From Prorocentrum cordatum (Eukaryota): DNA of 57,303 nt. Below, piece after piece: positions 47,792 to 57,303 of this stretch. Location of the stretch: NCBI GenBank assembly GCA_963575745.1, contig CAUYUJ010000038.1, forward strand, positions 62,001 through 119,303. Reading direction: 5' to 3'. Both the position numbers and the translations under genes were made by a program. The notes under the pieces are model-generated. The model did not search any database and had not been told where the DNA came from. It was given only the letters and a program-made list of their open reading frames with translations. Positions within the stretch are counted from its first letter, which is position 1. Each line of letters starts with the position of its first letter.

Positions 47792-50700
47792 TCCTCTCCG
47801 CATCCTCTTCGTCCTCCCTTCTCCTCTCTCTCTAGTTCCCTCGACTCCAACGTTGCACCATGTTCGCACCCACTGGCAGTGCTGGCTCCTCCTCCTCGTC
47901 CGCCTCTTCCCTCTTTCTCTCTCCTCTTCCTCCTGCTCGTCTTCACCGTCATCGTTTTTCTCCTACCCCTCCTGCTCCTCCCAGGGAGGAGAAGGAGAGG
48001 AGACGGAGGGCGAGGAGGGGGGCGGGGGGGGAAAGGAGGGGAAGGAAACGTGGGAGATGGGGGAGGAGAAGGGGGAGTTCCTCCTCCTCGTCCTCCTCCT
48101 CCTCCTCCTCCTCCTCCTCCTCCCCCTCCTCCTCCTAATCCTCCTCCTCCTCCTGTTCCTCCTCCTCCTCCTCCTCCTCCTCCTCCTCCTCCTCCTCCTC
48201 CTCCTCGGTGCATGATGGGCCCCGTCGAGCCGCCGACGCGGTGCCAGCTGGCGGTGCAGCACCCAGAGGGCTCCTTCGCCGACGTCGACTTTCGGGAGCC
48301 CGCACCCCGCCTCACGGGGAGGCGGCCGAGTGAGGGGAGTGTCGGAGTGCCTCTCCTCCCTCTTCTCATCCTCTTCCTCCTCCTCCTCCTCTGCCAGCTG
48401 GTCTTCGCCCTCCTCCTCCACCACCTTGTCCTCCTCCTTCTTCCCGTCTCCTCCTCCTCCTCCTTCTCCTTTCCCTCCTCATCCTCCTTCTCCTCCTCCT
48501 CCTGGTTCTCCTCCCCCCCTCTGCCGAACACGATCTTTCCAAGACGCTGGAGGTCCGGAGATCGGGGTGCGGTCGTGAACTTTTGGACAGCGTGTCGCTC
48601 CGCCAGTTCTAGCCCACCGCGCGTCGGCGCGACCCGCTATCCACGTCGCGGTCCCCAGGCGTCAGAGTCCCTCGAGCTAATCACGCTATCGCCTTGGTCG
48701 CTCTCACGGTTTACTTGGGAGCCGCGGTATCGCTTGAGTTCTCCCCGCGATTCATGCAGGACGCCTGGGCCTGCTCGACCTGGCCGCCTGGGCCCGCCTT
48801 CCCGACCCGCCCGTTAGGGTCTGCCCGCCCGATCTGCCCGTCTGGTTCTGCCACATGTTTTCTGCTCCTAGCCCCCCTCCTGCTAATTTCTCTGGTGCTC
48901 CATCCATCTCCCTTCCCCTTCCATCTGTCATCGCTTGCCTTGCTTTAGGGGCTACAATGAATTCATGTGGCAGGTAAGGGCGATGTAACCCCAGGAGGTT
49001 CGATCGAAAACGAAGACGACGCATCGAGGGTTTGGGACATATGCTTTGGATGGCATGCGAGCAGATCGGAGCGAATAGTCTTCAACGTTTGATGTTGGCG
49101 TTGTTGCTGTTGTCGTTGCTGATGATGCTGCTGCTTGCTGTATGAAAAGAGCTCGCAGATGGTGCTTGGGCGCGTAGTGGGAAGGCGCCAGGTACTGCGA
49201 AGAGGCCCGCCGCAGGTGCCGATATTGTTGCACGAGCAGCCCGCCGCGGGTGCTGCTTCGTCTGCGGATCATCGTGGGTGAGTTGTAAGATGTGGGTCGC
49301 GGGCCGAATCGCTGCTGGGACGTGGTGGGTCGCGGGGAGGATCGCGGGGTGTGTCGCGGGGTAGGTCGCGTGTGGGTCGCGGCGGGGTCGCGGTTGGGTC
49401 GTGGTTTGGTCGCGGGGCGTGTCGCGGGGCGACGACAACAGTGAGAGTAACAACAAAAGTCCAGGCCGTGGACCCTCACTTCAGCCGCGCACCTGGGGAC
49501 AGTGCAAGACCGTTCGGTCTCGCAGCCCAGATGCGGACCGTTTACAAAAGTGCCGCGAGAAACGAATGCGTGCGCGACAACGTCAACACAGGGCATCGAC
49601 GAGCATGCGCGCCATCAGTCAGCGACTCTGGGCAGATACGCCCTGATGTAAGCGCACGGGGCCCCGTACAATGTCCTGGGCCACCCCGCTGGCGCGATGG
49701 GCGCAGCCGCCGCGGAACTACATCTTCAGTTTCCGGATGAAGTATTAGTCGCTAAAGGGGATAGGCATCCGAAGACGTCACCAGAGTTTATTGGTTCACA
49801 CGCGGCGGGCCTCTTAGCTCATTTACGCCGGCGAAGCGTGTCGTAGACGCGATGTGTGGCAAGTGCGCGTGGTGGTGGAGAGCTGGCGTGAACATGAGCT
49901 CAGGGCAAATCATCAGTCGATGCAGCGCCGCTTAGCAGATGCAGCGTCCTATGAAGATTTGTTCAAAGAGTCTACTGTTGGGGATTGGGGGGGCTCACCA
50001 GGTGCATCGCACGCGCAACGGCATCCGCCAGCAACAGTATCGGAATGGTGCCTGTGCGTTTCGTGATGATGTTTTTTTCGCTGGGGCGCTGGGAAGCTCA
50101 TCCGCAACTCGCACACTGCTGCTGGTCGCGTTCGCCACCTTGACCATGGTAATTATCACCCGCCGCAGGAACAGTGTGTGTGTATGTGTGTGTGCGCGCG
50201 TTGCCAGGCTAGAACGGTAACGATTAGTCTGACGGCATTTGTTTCCGTCGTGCATGCCTCTGTGCTTGCCCCTGCCTGGGATGATGATATAGAGACAACG
50301 TGTTCGAGGGGCTAGCCGAGGGGGCGCTTCTCCCCCACGACGAGTCTGGCCAACGACGGCGTGCCCACCCACTGGATGCAGCACCCGGCTCCGCTGGAGC
50401 GGCCCCCCCTTTCACCGTCCGTGCAGAGGGCGCCCCCCCCCCCCAACCGATTCCAGCGCCCGCATCGCCGTGGTGGTGCAGGAGGTCGGTCCGTGCGCAA
50501 CCAGGAACGCGGACGGTGCAGCGATCGGCACCGATGGTGGGATGTGTGCGCGCCGATGAAGCAGCCAGCCTGCCGGCAGGCGCCCCGCGAGAGTGTCTTA
50601 TTCCCCGAGGCTCCCGTGGACCTCCGGAAGTCTTGGGACGCAGTCGGCAGTGGACCAGATCAACGACAACTGTGCCCGTGCATTTCTTTTGCCAGGAGTT

Positions 50701-53700
50701 CTTTTCGCAAGTACTTGTTGCGGTTCCAAGCAATTCCCTATCGAACCTTCCTGCCCGAGGCTGGGGCCCTGTCAGGCGCAGTCTCCCAGGTTGGCCACAG
50801 GTAGCTCTGAAGTGTCGGGTTCGGGCTCTCTGGCTGCTGGGGCTGCTCCAGATTCGGCAGCAGCTCGCAGATGTTGCCCGACGAGCGCAAAAGAGGCGAG
50901 CTGCGTTCTCGGCCGCTTGGTCGGGGCCCGACTGGTGCTGCTCGGCGGCGAGCCGAGTGGCCGATGAGAGGGCTGATGGGAAAGCACGGCGGATGTAAAG
51001 GTATTTATCCTGCTACGCGTCCCTCGTTTCCCCCTCTTTTGGTACTCCTGAGAGGCCCTCTCCCCACAAAAGGGCCAGCGAGGAGCATCGTGGAGCATCC
51101 AGCGAAGCACTGCACGCACGAAGACGAAACATGCACGGAGAACGGCCGTCCGAGCCCCGAGTGGCATGTTGTCGGCGAGGGCTGGTGGGGAAGCTTTCCA
51201 GAAGGCAAGAGGGATTTGAACCTTCTGTGAGGGCCCGCCCACGCCCCACATTTGCCTTACACCCCCTGCGCGTGCCGATGTCGGCACCATGCCGATAGAA
51301 CGATTTCCCTGGTGGGTTCCCCCTTCTCGGCGCAGGAGCGGGAGGATGCGGGGGGGTCGCTGAAGGACGGCATGGACGTGTTGCACGGAACGGTCCTCAG
51401 ATCGGTGGGTGCCCGCCTTCAGCGGTGGATTGCCAGGTTGGCGCTGTTCACCGCGATCTGGCGCCATCCATCAGGCTTTTGGCGGCGCGTGCAGCGAGCG
51501 CGCGCATGTACGAATCGCTATAGCGCTTGGAGCACTGCGTCGGCCAAGGGAAGTTCCGATTGTGGTCGTTTTTTTCATTGTTTTGCCGATCGGCGCGGGC
51601 CCTCGCACCCCCCCTCCCCCTAAGGAGTCGGTCTTGGCTGTTTCTGGCGTTTGTTTCGAGCAGATGCCCCTACCCCATAGGGCGCACGGTTCCAAACAGT
51701 CGCACTGAGCAGAGGTCCGGAGCCAGGCCCCCCCCTTTCCCCCCCCATTCCGCCCAATTTCGAAACGCCAAGCCAAAAAAATGCTCAAATTGGGAATCAT
51801 GTCGCTTCACGGCGCCGTCTAGACATCTGGCCAGCCCGTGTTTTGAGTGCCACGCTCAGGCTCAGCTAGAGATGCGCAAAAGCTCGAGACTATGGCTGCC
51901 CGAGACGCGACGCAGGCCGCTTCCAGACAAAAAGACCGTAGTCTTAAGTGGTATACTTCAGTCGGGCCTGTCCGGCTACAGGGGGAAAATTCAAAAATGA
52001 TCAAGAAGAACCAGAGAAAGATGTGTTCCTATTTTTGACAATTTTGGTAGATTGTTTGATTTTTTGTTCGTCCAAAATCGCCCTGTAGTGGGACATGCCC
52101 GACCCAAATTGTATACTTGGAGATCTCTTCTGTCCAGAATGCTGATGTACCGTAGACTCGCGAACGGCAATGTAGGCAACGGCGATGTAGACTTCGGCAT
52201 TGTAGGTGGGACTGCTTCGTGGCCAAGCCAATTGTAGGACAGCGTGGCCCTTGCTTTCCTACACTTCGCTGCGCCGTTCTCGCTCGATACATTCGCACAT
52301 TTGAAGTTTAGGGAAGTGTGGTTCGTGATTTCCCTACCAATTGTTCTGCGCGAGCTCGGTGTCACAAACACCAGATTCCCAACATCTCTGTTAACCAACA
52401 TCGCCATTAACGCGGCCTTGGACGTACCCTCTTCATGTAGAGACGCGGTCTCGGCATGGATCTTTTTCAGATTCAACGCGGGGTCCACACGGAATCGACA
52501 TGTTTCCGACTTCGACGTGGATTCTACGCGGACGACGGCGCGATGGGACAGGCAAGTTTCTTCGAAGATGTTTCATCATATGGTCGGATCCGTGGCGTTG
52601 TGATGGGAAGCGACCCTTCCCCTCTCACCCCCTGTTTCTGGCCGCGCCTCTCACCTCCCCTTGCGCCCCTCCACTACTTGACCAACGGAGCCGCCCGCTT
52701 TTGTAGAGTTCTGTAGTTGCCAGAACGTCGCAGTAATGTGTGGCACCCACGAGCTGTTCTCTCGTCGTGTCTCCACCAATCGTCCTCCTCTTCCTCTCTT
52801 CCTCCTCCCCGTTCTCCCAGCTGACGTGCGCTCCTCCTCGTCCTCCCTCGACGGTACTTTCGCGTCGTCTTGTTCGGCGGCGACCCCGCCAGCGGCGTTC
52901 AACTTTGAACGCCGCGGGCGACCCAGAATCGCTCGATGTGGAACGATTTGGACGTTTCGGAAACGGCGGATCGTTCAAGGTTGACCTATCCCCGCGGTGT
53001 CAGAAACCAGCGCCGAAGTCGGCACGACACGAACCTGACGTACCGTTCTCTCCTCGGGAGGTCTCCAGGGGTCTCTTGTAACCCCCGCACAGGGCAGCGT
53101 GAACGGACCTCCGACCCCGGTCTTCGACCTCCTCCCCCGCCGCCCCAGGAGATGTCTGACGACCGGCCTGGGGACGACTACCACATCGACGGACGCGGCC
53201 CGGGCCCACGCTCCAAAGACACGCGCCGGCGACACTCCCTGCTCTCGACTACGCGTAAGAGTGACGCCTCGCCAGAGTGACCTAGGGTGCGGGCTCATCG
53301 GGGCCGATTGTCGAGCGCGATGCTTTCGCGGCTGCTTGCGACATGCGCGTTTGGATTTGGGCACTTTGCGCCCGCTCATTCCGCGCACCAGAAGTCACTC
53401 TTGCCTAGGGTCACTCTTGCGTGTGGCCGATGCTCTCCCGATGCGCCGCAGACTTTCGGGCACCGCGGCGTGTTCTACTCAAGTACTCAAGTCTATCTGC
53501 GGCGCGGTAGCACGAATGCTGACCAGCGCTCAAGCGCCGTGCGATGGTTGATTGGTGCTGCGGCTAGAGTCGCAAATACATCGCCAGAAGGACAAGGACG
53601 GTCTGAGTTAGCCCAGGCTGCGTCAACGATGCTGCAATAGACACTGGATGAGGAGGAGGAGGAGGAGGAAGAGGAGGACCTGAGTAAACCTACAGTGCGT

Positions 53701-53761
53701 CAGCGATGCCGCAATATACCCGGATGAGGAGGAAGAGGAAGAGGAGGAGGATAGGCAGGAT

Positions 53762-53783
53762 TCCGTAGCCATTTTGGCTCAAG
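53762..53783 (+). other. Full-length dinoflagellate spliced leader (DinoSL), genomic copy from a retroposed mRNA
   Basis: TCCGTAGCCATTTTGGCTCAAG is an exact match to DCCGTAGCCATTTTGGCTCAAG, 50 nt upstream of the ATG at 53834. Confidence 0.97.
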
Positions 53784-53833
53784 GGTGTTGTTCGCACGGA
53801 GGTGTTCTTTGGGCATATTGCCAGCGAGGCGCC

Positions 53834-55047
53834 ATGACGCCGACGACATTGGCATTGATTGTCTCAGCCCTGTTGTATGCCATCCTACCTGCTTCTGGCG
53901 AGATCTTCCATCTCGACAAGAGACTCATCCCAGCCGCTTACTCGCTCCAGGGCCTCATGGCCTTCACGGTCTACGTGCCTCTGGATGGGCCGACGGCGCA
54001 AGCTGGGGGCAGCCCTTTTGTCGAGTTCAATGGTGTACAGGCGCACTCTACCGACCTAACAAATGATGATGAGACCCTTGCACACTATGGGAGCTTCCAG
54101 CTCTCGCTGATCAGCATGGACGAGTACGATCAACGTATCAGCAAGGGCCCCACCTGCGACCACAATGGCCAGCTGTCCAACGAAGGAGCCTCCATGTCGA
54201 AGTACAACGTCGGTTTCGGGTTCACCAAGACGCAGTTCATGCACAGCGATATCAACAAGACAGGCGTGCATGTCCTGCTCATGTCGAAGAGTGGAAGCTT
54301 CCCTCAAGACGAGGTAACGGGTCAGGTCGTTGTGAGGAATACGTTCGGTTGCATGTCCGCCATCCAATACCACAAGCTTCGGGAATTCTAGAATGCCTGC
54401 TGATTCTGATCACAGTGGTTTCGTCCTACTCGTCCTACCTTTTCATCCTTGTGATCTCGCAGGGCTGGAGGATGACAGAGGCTCTGGAGGACTGCACGCT
54501 GGTCAAGATTCACGTGTTCGGGCTCATCCGGGTCTATTTTAGAAACTTGCGTGAAGCTGCCATGGTTCATCGGCATTGCTTTCACATCTCCTCCAATTTC
54601 GTGACCATGACGGCCCTTGGCGCTGTGACAACCGCCAGCATACTTTTCGCTTGGATCCTCATGTCCCTCGCCGGGCTCCCCAAGAGCCTCAAGAAGCGCA
54701 ACCTGGAAAACCAGTTGAAGGCGGTCTCCCGTTTTGCCGTCGCCTTTCTCGTCGGGGTCGTCGCGAGCGTCCTAGGGGCGCTCGTCCAGCTCCTGGACTG
54801 CCTGGGCTCCCTGGCAGCTCCTTGGAAGCACCAGTACCTCGCCGATGGCGGCCTTGCACATGTCATCATCGTTATGTGGATGTGGATGCCGTCGGCCGAC
54901 TCGGGGCAGCTGGGCTACGCCGCCCCGATCTGCCAGAACGACGATGACGGCCTGTGGAAGGAGGACGTCGCCGACAAGTACGCGGAAGAGAACGGTGGCA
55001 GCAAGATCGCCTTGGCCGCTGTTGGAGCGGCGGACGATGACCTCTGA
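53834..55047 (+). pseudogene. Processed pseudogene of a GOST/lung seven-transmembrane receptor family protein (TMEM87/GPR107-like)
   Basis: Signal-peptide-like start. RNTFGCMSAIQYHKL resembles NPYGYL..EY.KL. LVISQGW, WILMSL...LKKR, WKHQYL and WMWMPSADS..LGY resemble the family's TM-region motifs. Intronless. A frame change near 54380 coincides with apparent loss of the first TM helices. Confidence 0.8.
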
Positions 55048-55499
55048 TCCCCCTGAGGGCAGGCGCTCAGCTCTAGGGGGGTAGGCAGGATGACCTGAGT
55101 AAACCCATGATATTTCGATGATGCTGCAGAGACCCCGGAGGAAGAACAGGATGACCTGAGTAAGGTCAGGATACGTCGACGATGCTGCCGTACATCCCAG
55201 AGGGGTAGGAAGGGAGGAGTGGAGGAGGGGGAGGAGGAGGAGGAGGAGGAGGAGGAGGTGTAGGAGGAGGACAAGAGAGAGGAGGAGTCTGAGATCCTAG
55301 TCTACCCATGATGTGTCAGCGGCGCTGGGATGGACTCACGCCCCCTCTCTCGCGTTCAACCTCGGCGCTGCTTCAAACCTACGAGCTCCAGAACCAAATT
55401 CCGAATTTCTACAAGCCCCAAGCAGGACCCGAACAAACCCCCGAACAGGAACCGAACAAACCTCCAGACTTCTATCGCTCAATTCCCCTGACCTCCCTG

Positions 55500-56030
55500 G
55501 CGAGGCCTTCTGGGGCCGCCTGGAGTAGCCTTCTGGGGCCGCCTAGAGGCCTTTGGGACCGCCTGGATGGGCCTTCTGGGACCGCCTGGGGGGGCCTTCG
55601 GGGGGGCGCCTGCAGACGCCTCCTGGGGCCGCCTGGGCTGGGGCCGCCTGAACACGCCGCCTGGAGACGCTTCCCGGGGCCGCATGGAGAACTCTTCAAG
55701 GGCCGCCTGGAGACGCCTCCTGGGGCCGCCTCCGCCTGGGCACGCTTTCCGGGGCCAGGCCGCCTGGACACGCCTCCTGGGGCCTGGGGCCGCCCGGAGA
55801 AGCCTTCAGGGGCCGCTTGGAGACGCCGCAGACGGCCGCCTGGACACGCCTCCTGGGCCCGCCCGCCTCCTGGGGCCGCCTGGCTGGGACCGCCCGAAGT
55901 CCACTTCCTGTGGCAACCTGGAGATCCCTCCTGGGGCCGCTTGCCGAGGCCGTCTGGAGAAGCCCTGGGGCCGCCTGGAAGCCGCTGACTGGGGCCTCCT
56001 CGAGAGGTCTTGGGGCCTCCTGGGCCGTCC
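55500..56030. repeat. GC-rich short-period repeat, core CCTGGGGCCGCCTGG
   Basis: Core recurs more than 15 times at irregular spacing. Confidence 0.85.
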
Positions 56031-57303
56031 TGAAGGGTGTGCCGAATGATTCAGCTGCCCCCGCGCGAACACGCCCACTGAGGCCGCAGGTGGACCTCCT
56101 CGGGGCACAACCCGTGCAAGGCATGTTCCGACATGGGCAGGGGGGCGCCATGCGAAGCTGCAAATTGGTGCCACATGTGGAACTTCTTCTGGGGCATGAT
56201 TCGCGTGACGGGTGTGCCGACATGGCCGGGGGGGGCGCTGTACTCTGGGCTTTTAGGTGGTACTCCTTGTGGGCACGATCCACGTGATGCTGCTGTGCCG
56301 CCATGGCCCGAGAGCGCTCCACGAGGGGCGACTATGGCAGCAAGACGGCCTCAGAGGCCCCCCAGTCGCCCAAAGAGGCCACCGCGAGGACCTCCAGGAG
56401 GGACTCAGGAGGGACAACACATCCCTAAGGTTTTTGAAGTTTTTTGGGGCTCTCGCCTTTTCTTTCGGACCACAAGCGGCCAAAGACGGTTCTAACACGC
56501 CCACTCCGTGCAGGCACGGGGGCGAATCTACACGCATATACACCCTTATACATGTGTACACACCTCTGTATCTACAAACGTATACATCATACTATGACAT
56601 AACATAGCATGGTGTGATGTAATGGTTTAGTATATCACAGTATGTATACAATCATTTAGAATGATTGCATGTAGTCTTATAAACAAACCATACGACAACA
56701 CAGCATATGTGTATATGATCTGGCATGATATATCGTATACGTCTCTGAGATGGCGAGCTATACTGTACGGGACTATACCATAACATGATATCAGTTAATG
56801 TTTATACATCTATATGTGTGTTTTGCAAATTTAATAGCTTACAATGCAACACAGTCGAACGTTTGATTTTATAACATATCAGGAATATCATACTTCTCTG
56901 CATTAAAATGTAGTAGGTCGTATGATGGAACACCATACGCTATCATATAGTATAGTATAGTATGATGCACGATCATATTACGGGGGACTGGGTTCCCCGC
57001 CCCTGGGGCGGCACACTTTTCCCCAACTCCCCCCTCGCTTTCGGAGGGCCCCAAGGCGCTCCCCAGACGGGCCAGGAGGCCTCCGAGAAAGTCCAAGAGC
57101 GCGCCAAGACGCCCAAGATGGCTTCTAGACGGCCCGCGAGGCTCCCTAAACCCGTCAAGAGGGCTCCAAGAGGACACCCATGAGGGCCGCAAGATACAAA
57201 CATCGCCCCAATTCTCCGGGGGAGCGTATATTTTTAGCATCTTTTTGGGGGGGTATGAAAAGCGTCCACGGCGGCGTGAGAGAATCTTAAGATCGCCCCA
57301 GGA

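Larger units (their letters stand above)
53575..55200. repeat. Degenerate tandem repeat (GACCTGAGTAA...GATGC(T/C)GC...CC.GA), interrupted by the retrocopy
   Basis: Units at ~53600 and ~53677 before the insertion, and ~55092 and ~55153 after it. Confidence 0.7.

Noticed and set aside
49800..52600. Short protein-like ORFs (49854-50220, 50871-51623, minus-strand 51991-52488) and an imperfect CTACAGGG/CCCTGTAG inverted pair at ~51976-52088
   Set aside because: No recognisable motifs, consistent frame or TSD. Possibly very decayed element fragments, but unsupported.
53762..53830. SL RNA gene
   Set aside because: The SL is followed by GG rather than a GT donor, and then by a 5' UTR and CDS, all within a TSD. 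This is a retroposed mRNA.
56580..56970. AT-rich island as a promoter or origin
   Set aside because: It looks like decayed short-period AT-rich microsatellite, and there is no adjacent gene.

Overview
GC-rich, repeat-saturated eukaryotic DNA. It is very likely dinoflagellate nuclear DNA: an exact 22-nt dinoflagellate spliced leader sits at 53762-53783, and AG|GA...AG|G intron boundaries are present. Most computed ORFs are translations of microsatellites and were rejected. Credible coding content: (1) an interrupted DUF3987/YfjI-like ATPase/helicase-type gene (4644-10388); (2) a co-oriented, three-exon CxC5/CxC6 KDZ-type (Kyakuja-Dileera-Zisupton) transposase gene (14637-19600), possibly forming a two-gene transposon with (1); (3) a 5'-truncated LINE with an intact APE-RT-zinc knuckle ORF2, embedded in (CTC)n. 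Its ORF1 ends in CCC-TAA with ORF2 in the +1 frame and a hairpin just downstream, a candidate programmed +1 frameshift; (4) a spliced-leader-capped, intronless, internally deleted retrocopy of a TMEM87/GPR107-like 7TM gene, flanked by a perfect 10-bp target-site duplication and lacking poly(A); (5) a decayed unknown ORF at about 32.8-35.0 kb. The rest is satellite, minisatellite, microsatellite and several dispersed non-coding repeat families, one carrying three palindromic CGTTCAA-NN-TTGAACG sites. All family calls come from motif recognition by eye, not from database searches.
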